Assembly (NCBI GenBank): GCA_016618085.1
Contig: JABLTG010000184.1
Coordinates: forward strand, 1-35,744
Source: Neovahlkampfia damariscottae
Taxonomy: Eukaryota
Length of the DNA: 35,744 nucleotides
Direction: 5' to 3'
The notes under the pieces were generated by a model. The model saw only the letters and a program-made list of their open reading frames with translations. It was not told the origin of the DNA and ran no database searches. How positions within the stretch are numbered: position 1 is the first letter of the stretch; each line of letters begins with the position of its first letter. Both the position numbers and the translations under genes were made by a program. Shown one piece after another: positions 21,536-34,406 of this stretch.

Positions 21536-21794
21536 CACAATTTTGTGGTGAATTTATCAAAAACTTGAGTCAAAATCAAAAACATTTTGTAGATTTATTT
21601 TCATAAATATTTTTTGTTTCCTTCATCCATTTCTTTTTTTCCTTCTTCGAGAAAAGGATGAACATCATCAACCAAGAAAAAAAACAAAGTTGGGAATGGA
21701 AATAAATTTTTGATTTTAGTCAAAGAGTATTGAGACATCAATAAGGAAGCCAAATTCGAAAAAATAAAAATTTAATACTGAATTGTGGTTTATT

Positions 21795-22729
21795 CTAAAT
21801 TTCTTCAATTGAAGTATTGAATCTATCATCGTAAGTAAAACCAGAAAATATTTTTCTAATGATAAAAAGATCTTCATCAGTCTAAAAAAATTAACAAAAA
21901 TTTTTTTTTACTTTCAAAATTTCTGGGTAATGAACAATCATTAAATAAGTTGTGTTTATCAACAAATGAATATCATTACCATCTTTTAAAGTCATTTTTT
22001 CTTTTCTTGTTAAATTCAAAGTCATTACTTTTGCTAAATTTTCAGCCTTGAATTTTTTTAATTTTTTTTTTTTTACGTTCATTTTGCTTTGTCCTGTTAG
22101 ATCGTTTACTTTATCACATTCATAAAGAATATATAACAAAACATTCAAAACATTTCTGTGAATTGGTTCTAAAGATGAAATCATTTTTTCCAACACCCAC
22201 AGAGCTTTTTTAGGATCTATTTTGTCGATTTCTTGGAAATTTAAGATATAATAAAGTGTTTTACCCATTTTTGATACCTCAAACATGACTCCATAATTTT
22301 CATAACCTAACAAAGGAGTGGTCATTTTTTGAAAAAAAAATCTCAAAAAACTCGTTAAAAATAAAGCATTTTTCTTTTGTAACTCTTTGAATAATTCATC
22401 AACTTGAAAATTTAATGAGACAATTTTCTTACATTTAGCATTTTTTTTGTTATATTTTTCAGCCAAGTCTTTGAGTTCGTCTTGTGAAACAGATTCACGA
22501 AAAATTCCTTTAAATGAGATTTAAACCTAATACCTAGTATATTACCTTTCACTTCAAAATTTTCTTTCTTCATCATGAGAGCACGACAAATATGTTTCAA
22601 AACTAAAGGTACATCTTCACTTGAATGTGCTCGATCAAAAACCATAATTTCAGTTAAATTGCTTCCAAACATTGGTATATGTTTACGTATTTCAAAATCC
22701 GAATCTGAAGCAGAACTTGATTGTAGCAT
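21795..22729 (-). CDS. RhoGAP domain protein, multi-exon
   Basis: FGSNL...VPLVLKHIC; spliced KGIFRES (arginine finger); SKMN|AENLAKV; three short introns. Confidence 0.85.
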
Positions 22730-22840
22730 GTTAAAATTTTTTTAAAAAATCTAAAATAACCAATGAAAACATAGAATTTTAGGATATAACATAAAGAGGC
22801 TCTTTCAATCTAAAAGAATTATTTAATTATTTGCTAATTA

Positions 22841-25050
22841 TTAAGGACCATTTTGTTGTTGAAATTTATCCAAATCAAGTTTCTGTGGAAAATTTTTTGT
22901 TGAAAGTTTCATTTTGCATCCACTAACCCCATCTCTTGTTTAAATCTGTTTTTACTGAGGTATTGAAGATACCCAGGAGTTACTTGAAATCTTGAATATG
23001 TATCAACCATATTTGCTTTAATTTCTTGCATCACACCATTGAATAAATCAGTCTCAAATGATCCCAATCCCTCTGCTTTTTTAAGTTTGGATCTAGTTTT
23101 GAAACTAACATTGACTTCCAGTGGTGAATTTGCTCCATCTAAATAAGTTCCATAGATTTGTATTGCTAATTTTTTTCTTTTCTCTGGATCTGTTTCTTGG
23201 CGATATGCATTGGTATCTTCCCAAATTGCAATATTTTCAATGGAATATTCATCAGCAGCAAATTGCGAAAACTTAAAAAAATTAAAAATTGATTTGTTGG
23301 AATTACCAATTGATAACCACCTCTTGGAGTCTTATCCATGAGTATAAGGTCAATTTCTTCAATAGATTTCAATTTTTTTCCACAAATTTTTCGTCTGAAA
23401 AAATTGAATATGGTAATTATCAAAATAAACAAAATTTGATAAAAAAATAATGTGTGAGCAAAAATGCTGTATATAGTGACATAAAGACCCCTATATTTTT
23501 CAATATCAATAGACAAGATCAAGATTGAAAAAACAACAAATAACAGAACTACAATTGGTCCAAGTATGTACATTTCAAATCGATAGGCCAAAGGGTCTCT
23601 CTTTAAAAATAATCCAAATATTGACAATGGATTACATTTAAACTTTCCTTCTTTACATGATACAGTTTCTGGAATGGTCATGATAAAGTCAATGATCAAC
23701 GCAGCAACCCAAATAAAAATCAAAATGATAACCATTGAAGATTGAACAATTTGAACTGGAATATATGAATCAAAACATCCATTATTTGAAGGTCCAGTGT
23801 ACAATGCAATGATATAAATGATTGATTGTATTAAAACAAGAATAATGAAATATGAAATAGAAATGATAGCATTGAGAACTGGATTTTGAATGATTTTCAA
23901 TAAAACTATTGGCCATTTTGCAACATCAATATAAGTAATTCTTCCTTCAACTACTTTTCTTTTTGTGATATAAAATTGTCCTTTTGTTTTTGATAATGCG
24001 ACAACAGCAAGATGACGAAACATCTAAAAAATTAAAAAGAAAATAATTGAATACATGAATTGGCATCAAAATCAATGCAAGTTGATTACCAGAATAATAA
24101 AAAAACATGTTGAATAAACATGTATATTTTATGTTTTCTTCAACTGTCAAAGTGAAAATATACAATTCACCAAGTAAAGAAAAAATTTGAGCAATACAAC
24201 CTTTGTAAAAAAAAATGAGAATCAAGACAAATTACCTAAAACAGGAGTGAAGCCACGTGAATACAAAGGTTGCATCTTAAAAATATACATCAATAAAGTT
24301 ATCAATGTCATCAATAGATAAAAAAGTAATTCTAATATATAGATAGATAAATGAAAAGATGACCATCTTCTGACTCCACTGACATAACAATCAGGTGTTT
24401 CTAAAAAGTAATTAATTTTTTTTTTTTTTTCACTTTGGTTGAGATCGAATGGTATAATTTCTAAAGCATCCAGAGGAGATAATCTGGAGTTATCTGATGG
24501 TGGTGGTGTATGCCTGTTTGTACCAATGAAAAAATAAAATTGTTTTTGATTTGGAAATTCTGTGGAAAAATGTGTCGTGTAAATATCTTTATCAATAACC
24601 ATATTATAAATAAATTCTGTAACTTTTAATTTTTTTTTTTTTTACCGTTTGGCAGGAAAGTCTGACTTTTGGTCGACAAGGAACCAAATGATGAACTTGT
24701 TAGAAATAGGTCAAATGGTAGCTTTTTTTGTGTTGTTGATATTGAATTATTGCCTTCATATTCATGTACTTGTAATGAACCACTTACTCCAGAAGCAACT
24801 GTTACCACAGCTTTGACTAAAGTTGATGTGCTGTTGGAAACTGCGAAGAAAGTGTAGCCTTGTGGAGCTATAGAGCGTACAGTGAATTGAATGGAATTTG
24901 ATATCGTAGAGTTACTCCATAGCACGCTTTAATGTATTAATTATATTTGTTTTTTTACTAAAAGTTTCCTTTTGTAACACAATTGTATTGTTCGTTTTGG
25001 ACTTGTGAAAGAAATGTCAAAATTAAAAATGTGAAAAGTAGTGTTTTCAT
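22841..25050 (-). CDS. Multi-pass membrane protein with an extracellular N-terminal domain and a C-terminal RGS domain (7TM-RGS type)
   Basis: Signal peptide MKTLLFTFLILTFLSQ and several TM helices. The last exon FAADEYSIENIAIW...IYGTYL...SPLEVNVS...LFNGV...DTYSRF matches the RGS consensus. Confidence 0.82.
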
Positions 25051-25265
25051 TCAACGCAAAATTGGTTATTATCTTGGAATTATTTCGAAACCAATTAATG
25101 AGATTCGTTTCTTTTCTTCTATTGGACAAGAAAATCATACTTTTGGTGTCCACAATTAGAATTGCATATTTGATTTTTCACATGAATAATTGAATCCTTT
25201 TTATTTCATTCTAAAAAAAAAACCTTCCAATTACAATTCTTGTGTTTGATTGGAGAACAAGAAAA

Positions 25266-27432
25266 ATGACGTTTTCTCCAACAAAATTTGTTATTTTTTT
25301 TTCATTCTTTATTGTTATCACTTTACTAACACAAATAAAATCATATGGTGAAACAAATCCAAAATCCAAACTTGTTTCCAAAACATCAAAACAGTTCAAA
25401 CCTTCAAATTACATTCAAAACGCTTTGGTGAACAATGTTTTTGTGAAATTAGGTGATAATGAAACAGAACATGGTGACTCGGAATATTGTCATGTGAATG
25501 ACCAAAACGTCACAGATCCATGCGAATATGTCCAAGAAAATGATGAATGCAACAAATACTTGGAACTGAATTATTGTTACCTGAAAGAAACTTACCTGAA
25601 ACCAGTTTACTATATTTTCATGGTTTTTTTTTCTTTTTTTTAATTTTTTCTTCCTTCAGTTTTTTTTAATTTATCTTCTTTTTTATTTGTTAGGAGATAC
25701 AACAGAATTGTATTTCGTTCCTTCACTTGAAGCAATGTCAAAGTATTTGAAATTATCACCAAATGTAGCTGGTGTAACTTTATTAGCTTTAGGTAACGGA
25801 GCACCTGATTTATCATCAATTATTATTGCCGTTAATGCTGGTAGTGATTCATTCGGTTTAGGAGCAGCTGTTGGAGTCGGTTTATTTATTGTAACTGTTG
25901 TTTTAGGAGTTGTTTGTTTGTCAAGTGAAATTAAAGTTACCAGACGACCTTTTTTAAGAGACACAATATTTTTCTTTATTGCAACATGTTTTATGTTTTA
26001 TACATTCCTTGATAATGCTGTTGCTCTTTGGGAAGGAATTGTTTTCATTTTGATTTACGTTATATATGTTCTTGTTGTTGTATTTGGAAGAATCATTAGA
26101 CAACAATGGAATAAAAGATTTGGAACAACTGCTTTAGATATGATTTCAACCGAAGAGAGTGAAAAAGATCTGGATGATGATTGGACTGGAGGTTGGAGAG
26201 TTTTTCCAAAATTTGAAAAGGAGTATGATGTACCTGATGAAAAACAAGCAGATGAAAAAACTACTTTAATCAGTGATGATATTGAACAATCCAATGAAAA
26301 AAAAGATGGGATGTTAAGTGTTTATGAAAATCATTTTTCAGATCCTTATTTTGATTCAAATGAAATTGATGCAGAAGAACTCAAAGAATTTGAAGAATCA
26401 AAAGTGAATCAATCATTATTTAGAAGATTTTTAAATTCTTTTGATTGGGATGAAATGCCATGGTACAAGAAAATTCATTTTGTTTGTATTGATGGCATTT
26501 GGATTTTTTTTAGAAATTTGACAATTTTTAGACCTGAAAAAGAAAATTGGAACAAATATTTTGCAACTGCTGTTCCTCTTTTTTCACCATTTTTGATTAT
26601 TTATGCAATAATGTGTTTGAATTCAATTTTTTTAATTTTCCTTCACCAGCTGTTTTTGACATTGAATTTTCAGAATATGAGAAATATCTCATTCCATTGG
26701 CCATTTTACTTGTCTTGGGATTAATTGGAAGCATTTTCATTTTTGTCACAACAGAAAAAGGACGTCCTCCAATTTATCAACCAGTAAAAACAGAATTTTG
26801 TTAAAATTTTAGGTTTTGGTACTTTTTGAGTTTTCTGCATCTGTTTTGTGGATATTTATTGTTGCAGATGAAATTTTGGATGCTTTAGCTGCACTTGGAA
26901 TAATCTGGGGAATTTCAGAAACAATTTTAGCGATTACTGTTCTTGCATGGGGAAATTCGGTTTGGGTTTATTTTTTATTAACTTTTCATCATTAGATTGG
27001 TGACGCTGTTAGTGATGTAATTGTTGCAAGAAAAGGTAAAAATCTATAAAATTCATTTTGACCTTTAGGTTATCCTTCAATGGCAATTGGATCAATTTTT
27101 GGATCTCCAATGTTGAATATGTTAATTGGACTTGGAATTGCATTTACATTCAATTCAACTACATTAACAGAATTCTGTTATCCAATAGATCCTGATCCAG
27201 TTGTTTCGCTCACTTTTATATTTTTGTTGTTGGCATTAATCAGTTCAATTGTCATTTTTCCACTTTCAAAATTTTCAGTAGGAAAAGTTTATGGTGAGAT
27301 TTAATTCAATTCTAATTCAAAGGTATTTTTATGATTCTTTTCTACATGGTGTATTTAGTCTTAGCAATTGTGGCCACTCTTTATAAACCTTTTGGTAATC
27401 TCTTCAAATGGAATATTGGAAGGGGTTGTTGA
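25266..27432 (+). CDS. Cation/Ca2+ exchanger (CaCA family, CCX/NCLX-like), multi-exon
   Basis: Alpha-1 repeat VAGVTLLALGNGAPD, alpha-2 repeat TVLAWGNS|IGD, and GSPMLNMLIGLG. Confidence 0.93.
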
Positions 27433-27918
27433 TAAATAAAAGTGCTTTGTTTTTGATGAAATCAGGTTCGGAATACAATTCATGATAAACTATTTATTAT
27501 CAAACAATACAGAATTTGTTGATCATTAAGGGAATATTCTACAAATACGATAGCATTACAAGATATGATAACTCATTTCCTTTATCTTAAAAAAAGTTTT
27601 ATTAAAATAGAAATTTGATCTATTGATCAATCATACTCAATTTGAGATCATTAAATTCCTTTTTGATTTGGAAACTACTTCAATGAACACTTGTTTGTAA
27701 TTTTTCCTCATTGAACCAATTCTATTTAACAATTTGATGATTTCTGTATTTCTTGATGTTCCAAGTCTACTAGTCATCATTTTTTTAAATCATCATGGTC
27801 TATAATGTTTTTGACACATTTTTTATATTTTTCATTGTCTTGGTTTTTCTTTGTCCCTTTCAATTTTTCACAGCCTTGTTCTTGTATTCCACCAATCAGA
27901 AAGATTGTTTTTTTGTCA

Positions 27919-29203
27919 ATGAGCAACTCAACACGAATTTATCTTGATTACAATGCAACAACACCAATTATGAAAGAAGTTGGAGATGAAATGGTTCCAT
28001 ATATTTACGAACATTTTGGTAATCCAAGTTCATCACATTTTCATGGACAAATTACAAAAACTGCTGTTGAAAAAGCAAGAAAACAAGTTTCAAATATGCT
28101 TAACTGCTCTGAAAAAGAAATTTTCTTCACTTCAGGTGGAACAGAATCAAATAATTATGCCATAAAAGGTTATGTTTTGAAACACAAAAACAAAGGAAAC
28201 CACATCATCACTTCATGTATTGAACATCCTGCTGTAATTGAAGTATGTAAATACCTTGAATCTATAGGTTTCAGAGTAACTTATTTACCAGTCAACAAAG
28301 CAGGAATTATTGATATTAAAGAGTTACAAGAAAATATAACAAAAGAAACTATTTTAATAACCATCATGCACGCAAACAATGAAGTAATATTAAATTAATA
28401 TTAAAATATATATTTTAAGATCGGATCTATTCAACCAATTTCACAAATTTCAAAAATTGCGAAAGAACAAAAAATTGCTTTTCACACAGATGCAGCCCAA
28501 TCAATCGGAAAAATTTCAGTTGATATCAATGAATTAGGAGTTGATTTATTATCAGTTTGTTCACATAAATTTTATGGACCTAAAGGAGTAATTGAAAATT
28601 TTCGTTCACAAAATTTTAGGTAGGAGCATTGTATGTAAGAAATGGAATTGAATTGGAAAAATTAATTCATGGAGCAAATCATGAAAATGGAATGAGACCA
28701 GGAACCGAAAACATTATTGAAATTGTTGGTTTAGGAAAAGCTTGTGAATTGGTTTCGCAAAATTTATCCAAGAGATCTCAACATTTGAGAAAAATGAGAG
28801 ATCGTTTATTTTTGGTAAATTCAGAAGGATTTTAATCTTTTTAGGGATTGAAAGAACAAATTGGTTCAGAAAATGTGAGTATGAATGGAGATATTGATTT
28901 TGTATTACCAAACACACTTTCAATTAGTTTTCATCGCATGAAAGCTGATCAATTGTTGAATTTGATCAGTGATAAAATATCAGCTAGTGGTAAATAATAA
29001 ATTGAGCTTACTAATTACTTTCAGCTGGTTCTGCATGTCATTCTGATAAATTATCCATTTCTTCAGTTTTACAAGCTTTGAAAATTCCAACTGAAATTTC
29101 TATGGGCACAGTTCGTTTAAGCACAGGTACCCACACAACAGAAGAGGAAATTGATGAAGCTATCGAATATATCGCTTTAAAATACAAAGAATTAAAAGAA
29201 TAA
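27919..29203 (+). CDS. NifS-like PLP enzyme (cysteine desulfurase / selenocysteine lyase type), four introns
   Basis: IYLDYNATTP, FTSGGTESNN, IEHPAV, HTDAAQS, SHKFYGPKG, RPGTEN and SAGSACHS. No mitochondrial presequence. Confidence 0.93.
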
Positions 29204-29249
29204 AAATTCAGTCATCTAACTATCCAACATATCAATAATAACGAGTTTT

Positions 29250-29500
29250 TGAGTTTGTCTTCACAAAAGAAATAAAAAATATTCCCTAGACGTTAGTGAA
29301 AAGGCTCTAGAGAAAATACCACAAGTAAGAAAAAACGGTTCATTTTTTTTATTTTTTCCCAAGTGTGTCTTTCTCAATCAGCTTTTCACAATAAAATCTT
29401 AAAGATAGATGTTGATATAACAAAAGTGAAACATTTGGAGGTTCTTTTGATGCACCACAACAAAATTTCAGAAATTCCACTAGAACTTAATAATCTGTGA
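29250..29500 (+). pseudogene. Leucine-rich-repeat gene remnant
   Basis: NKILKIDVDITKVKHLEVLLMHHNKISEIPLELNNL* matches LxxLxLxxNxIxxIP. No intact start; boundaries approximate. Confidence 0.5.
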
Positions 29501-29569
29501 ATATTCAAGTGTTGAATAAAGTTTTGGAAGAAATTGATCCAATCACAAACTTTGGAAGTAACAAACAAC

Positions 29570-30515
29570 ATGAAACAACTTATTCTATTAATCCTCACTT
29601 TGACTTGTTTCTTACACATAAAAAGTAATTCCTTGACTTATGAACATACAAAGCATATACTTTCATTTGGACCACGTCCTGCTGCTTCACCAACACAACC
29701 AAGAGATGGTTTAAAAAAAACAAGAGACTACATTGTGAAAACTTTGAAAAACCTGAATTTTACAATTACACTGAATACTTTCGAGCAAAAAACACCATTT
29801 GGAAAAACAAATTTCACCAACATCATCGCTGATTACAAACAACAAGTTGGAAAAAAAAAATTAATCTTGTCTGCTCATTATGAATCAAAATATTATAAAG
29901 ATATTGAATTTTTAGGAGCTACTGATTCTGCTTGTCCTTGTGGTATGCTTTTAGAACTTGCATCTTTTATTGATAAACAAATTCAGTCAAGAAATTGGAG
30001 AAATCCTTCTGTTGATGTACAACTGATTTTTTTTGATGGTGAAGAAGCGATGGTTCAATTTAATCATAATGATGGACTTTATGGATCAAAGCATTTAGCT
30101 TCAAAATGGGAGAAAAAAGTAACAAATATTTATTTAACCATATTAGGAAATTTTGAGAAATATTGAAATGTTGATTTTATTTGATCTTTTAGGTCATAAA
30201 AACCCAAATTTCTATAGTTATCGTCTTCATAGACTGACAGGAACTGTTCCAAAATACAACAAATTGATGCAAATCGAAAGACAATTTAATCAATCAAAAT
30301 TTTTCAAAGATTTGACAATTCCATGGGATTTGACGGACGATCACATACCATTTGGTGAACGTGGAGTGCCTGTTCTTCATTTAATTTCAAATCCTTATCC
30401 AAGTCAATGGCATACAGACAAAGATAATTTGGAAATTATTAACGATGAAACAATCAAGATTTTGATGAAAATTTTCAAGGAATTTTTGAATTCAATGATA
30501 AATATTTCAAATTGA
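29570..30515 (+). CDS. QPCT: Glutaminyl-peptide cyclotransferase (M28 family), secreted
   Basis: SAHYESK, FLGATDSACPC, FFDGEEA, LYGSKHLA, LFDLLG, DDHIPF and WHTxxD; intron 30119-30146. Confidence 0.93.
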
Positions 30516-30701
30516 ATTTTCGGAAATTTCGGAATTGAAAAAATCGTGCTACGCCTTAATCAAGTAATTAGACTCTAATCGCTATTTCAGGACATTTACT
30601 ATTCCAAAAATGATTGTTCAAACAATGATGATTGGATAAACAACCGAATTCGTTCCTATAAAAGGAAAAACAATTGTTTGTCAACGGAAAAAAAAATACA
30701 G

Positions 30702-31421
30702 ATGCACATGACACACTTCAAGCCATCAGATTACAATGGAGCTTCACAGAGAGGTTTTTGGAGTGAATCTGAAGACAAGAAGTTATTGAAAGCTGTAAAC
30801 AAATATGGAGCAAAAAATTGGACTTTCATTTCAAAATTTGTCAGTCAAAGAAATGGAAAACAGTGTAGAGAAAGGTACGTCAACCACCTGGATCCAAAAA
30901 TCACAAAACTTGAGTTTACGCCAGAGGAAGATAAAGTTATCATAGATTCTCAGAAAATCTTTGGAAATTCATGGGCATCAATTGCTGAGATGCTACAAGG
31001 ACGTACACCAAATTCTGTAAAGAACCACTGGTATGGAACTCTCAGCAAAAAGCTAAATTCACATCAAAAACGAAAAAATAGTTTTTCAGAAGAAACATCC
31101 CCTAAACATTCAAAGAAAAATGTAGAATATGAATTTGATTTTCATTTAAATCCAGATTCAAAGCCTATCACTGAAGAAAACATTGTGAAAGTGGAAGAAT
31201 GCTTGGAAAAATCTCCGATGAAAAAAGACTCACTTGCTATAAATTTAGAACCTTCAGAGTTCATAGTAGTGAGTAATGGGATCATAGACTTACAAAAAAC
31301 ATTGGGTTCAAGTTTAAATACTACACCAACAGAAGAAACAAACACTCAAACAGATTTCAACACTTTCTTACGTTTAAATACTGAAGACTCAGATTTTAAC
31401 CTTTTTGACATGTACATTTAA
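30702..31421 (+). CDS. R2R3 Myb transcription factor
   Basis: WSESEDKKL, KNWxxI, RNGKQCRERYVNHLDP, FTPEED, GNSWASIA and GRTPNSVKNHW. Upstream TATAAAAG and ATTGG. Confidence 0.95.
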   Translation: MHMTHFKPSDYNGASQRGFWSESEDKKLLKAVNKYGAKNWTFISKFVSQRNGKQCRERYVNHLDPKITKLEFTPEEDKVIIDSQKIFGNSWASIAEMLQGRTPNSVKNHWYGTLSKKLNSHQKRKNSFSEETSPKHSKKNVEYEFDFHLNPDSKPITEENIVKVEECLEKSPMKKDSLAINLEPSEFIVVSNGIIDLQKTLGSSLNTTPTEETNTQTDFNTFLRLNTEDSDFNLFDMYI

Positions 31422-31492
31422 ATGAACGATTTATCATTATTCACAAAAAAAAAGTTCAAGATTTGAACAACTGCAGTTGTAAATAAATTTTA

Positions 31493-33359
31493 TTATAAAT
31501 TCACCAAAATTTGTGAATGTTTTCCTTTAAACGATGAAGAAATATTATTAACTGAAACTATTTAAAAAAAATAAAGTTTACATTTGGTTGATTTGAAGTA
31601 TTGAGTTTTTTTTCATAGATTCTACCAATGAAGTTGCTCCTTTGTCGGAGATTTTATTGGCTAATAAATTTTGTGAGATAGATAGTTTTAACTTACAATT
31701 AATGTTTAATTTTTTCATTGTTTTGTTTTTAGATATTCATTGGGATATTTTGATAAGACCTTTGTCTCCAATTTGATTGTCCATGAAAGACATTGAAACA
31801 AGTGGTTTGTTTGTTGATATTACAATACCAAAGGCAGTAGCACCATCATATGTTATGAAATTATGTAATAAAATTAGTGTTTAAATTTGTATTTACAGTT
31901 TAGACTCAAAACTTTTAGTGAATTGTTTTTCTCTAGATGTTTGAAGAATAACGTAATTCCTTTGTCAGAAATACCGTTGGCTAAAAATAATGAATTATAT
32001 TTTTAGTTACAAGAAAGATCTAATAGCCTAATTTTTGGGTTTTTTTCAATTAGTTTTCCAAAATAAACAAGATCATCATCTGAGATTTCATTTGCTAAAA
32101 AATGAGAAATCGAATTTCCTTCAAGAAACATAGACTTTGGAAACAGTTTTGTTCTTTAAAAGTGCATAACAAAGCATTTCGCTCCCAAACACATTCAAAT
32201 TTTGATAACTCAAATCGATTTTCTCCAATGGTTGATTACACGAAGAATGACATTGAAAACAAATTGGTTTTCTATCATTCTTACAATAATGAATGAATGG
32301 TTCATCATGTTTTTTTACATTTGAACTTTTCTTTTTTGAATGATTCAACAAATTTAGTAACATTCATCAATGGTTCAGTTTCAAACTGTCATCTAGGGAT
32401 CAAATTTTGAAGTGAATCTAAATAATATTTGAACCCAGAATCAGGAACAAACAAATATCCTTTTGATAGGAGTTTTGATTGAAAAAAATCTGAAGAGATT
32501 AAGATACTTTCAGTTCTTGATTTGAATTTAATTGGACCAAATTGGGAGAATATGATTCATTAATTAATTTTTGAGTGAAATTGATTCCAGTTTCAAAATT
32601 TGATATATTTTCCTCTAATTTTTGTTTGATTCATCAATGAATTTATCTTTGAGATTGTTTAAAAGAAATTTTTGGAGATACCATTTTGTTGATGGATTTG
32701 TTTGAAATTTTCGAAAACTTTAGTTTTAGCTTGTTCTACTGAACGATAAATAGATTCAAAATAATCATTTAATTCTTTAATCATGTCATTATAACTCTAA
32801 AATGTTGTTAAAATTGAAATTCTTGAAAAAAACTTCTTCATTGTATTTCTTTTTCTCTTTAATATCTTTTGTCAATGTAGCAATTTCCTTAGATCTATAT
32901 TCCATTGATTCAACCATCTTTTTCAAATTTTGTACAATTTCTTCATTTGCCTTTGAAATATCTGTTGTGTTATGGTTTTCATGAATTTTTTCACATTCCA
33001 AACATAAAACTTCTTCACAACTGAAACAATACTTTTCTGATGATTTTTCATGTAATTTACAACAAATCTATAAATTTTAATTAATTTCAATTCTTACTTT
33101 GCTTGAATCAATCAAACATCATAAAAAGGAACTTTTTCAATTTTATATATCTTCTGAGCACAATGGACACTTTGGTACTGTTGTCTTTGATGAAAAATCA
33201 TCAATACAAGTCAAACAAAAAAAATGAAGACAATTAAATGTGCTGTACAAAGAGTTATTTTTGAAAATCTAACTGTGGATTTTTATGTTGCTCATGGCAG
33301 TACTGGCAACTATCCTCTTCAACAATTAACAAACCCTCTGCAAAGAGAGAATTATTCAT
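31493..33359 (-). pseudogene. RING / B-box / coiled-coil / B-box-like / RI-type LRR gene (TRIM-like) with stops and frameshifts
   Basis: C3HC4 RING (CQYC...CLHFFCLTC...CPLC), B-box (CKLH...CFSCEEVLCLECEKIHENH), coiled coil and LRRs (NGISDKG, NQIGDKG, NKISDKG). Stops after the RING (near 33145), a frameshift near 32630 and in-frame TGA at 31739-31737. Confidence 0.7.
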
Positions 33360-33401
33360 CACACAATTGGTTGAAATTTTTTGTCCAGTGAAAACTTTAT
33401 T

Positions 33402-34307
33402 TCAAATATCTGGAAATTCCACATCATCTTCTGATGACTTGAAAAAACTATGAGATTTTTTATTTCCAATCACGAATTCAACAATTTCTTCACCATTAAC
33501 AATACCACATTCCTCCAATGTTGTTGTATCCTTCAATTCTTCAATCTGTTGAGAGTCCACGTTTTTTTGGTAAACTTTGAATAGCTTTTGAAACTTCACA
33601 TCCACTTTTTCGTGTAGTTTTAATTCTTCTTTGATTTGAATAATCTTTGTTGCTGTCGTGACTTTCATCAAAATTTCCCGATTTTCAGAAACATCAAGGA
33701 TGTGTAAATTGAATTCATTAGGTTTGTAAGTTTTATCTTTAACAATTAAAATGTCATTTTTTGAGATATTGGTGTATATGATGATATCTTTGTCATTGGA
33801 CAATTCTTCATCATCATGACGGTACAGTATTTGGTCTAAAACATAAATTCCTGTAATTCCTTGAATTATCATTTTTATAGTCATTATTGTATCATGTGGA
33901 TGAACAAAAATAGGAATTTTGAAACCTCTTTCGATACATCTAATTGTGATTTGAAATTCATCTTCAGAAGGAGGTATGTACTCAATCTCTTTTGGAATTT
34001 GAGGTTTCTGAGAGACAATTTCATTTGTCTTTTTATTGAAATAAAAGGTTTGAAATGAGTTTGAAAAATATTCCCACCATTCTCCTCCAATATGAGTTCC
34101 ATTTTTTTGAAGAAAACCTTTTTTGACTTGTATTGATTTTTCTTCAATCTTTTCTTCATTTTTTGATTCTTTGTTTTCAAAATTTAAATTTAAAGTGGTA
34201 TTATTTTCTGTTGGTTTATTGGTGCTTTCTGGTATTAAAACTGAGCCTATAACTTTTGGTTGTTTGGTCACTTGTGAATTTTGTTTCTTTACTTCACTAT
34301 TTTGCAT
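33402..34307 (-). CDS. Protein with a WW-like domain and two ubiquitin-like domains
   Basis: GEWWEYFSNSFQTFYFNKKTNEIVSQKP (WW-like); VHPHDTIMTIKMIIQGITGIYVLDQIL and VTTATKIIQIKEEL...QKL...LKDTTTLEECGI (UBL-like). Confidence 0.75.
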   Translation of the reverse strand: MQNSEVKKQNSQVTKQPKVIGSVLIPESTNKPTENNTTLNLNFENKESKNEEKIEEKSIQVKKGFLQKNGTHIGGEWWEYFSNSFQTFYFNKKTNEIVSQKPQIPKEIEYIPPSEDEFQITIRCIERGFKIPIFVHPHDTIMTIKMIIQGITGIYVLDQILYRHDDEELSNDKDIIIYTNISKNDILIVKDKTYKPNEFNLHILDVSENREILMKVTTATKIIQIKEELKLHEKVDVKFQKLFKVYQKNVDSQQIEELKDTTTLEECGIVNGEEIVEFVIGNKKSHSFFKSSEDDVEFPDI

Positions 34308-34406
34308 CCTTTGTATGTTAGGAAAATGTTCCAATAAAAACAATTCTTTTTTTTTCACCAAAACAGGAGAAAAATATAAAAAAAATTTATCCAATCATTG
34401 TTCAAA

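Noticed and set aside
27440..27800. Possible small minus-strand gene between the exchanger and the NifS-like gene
   Set aside because: I could not build a stop-free spliced model or recognise any motif.
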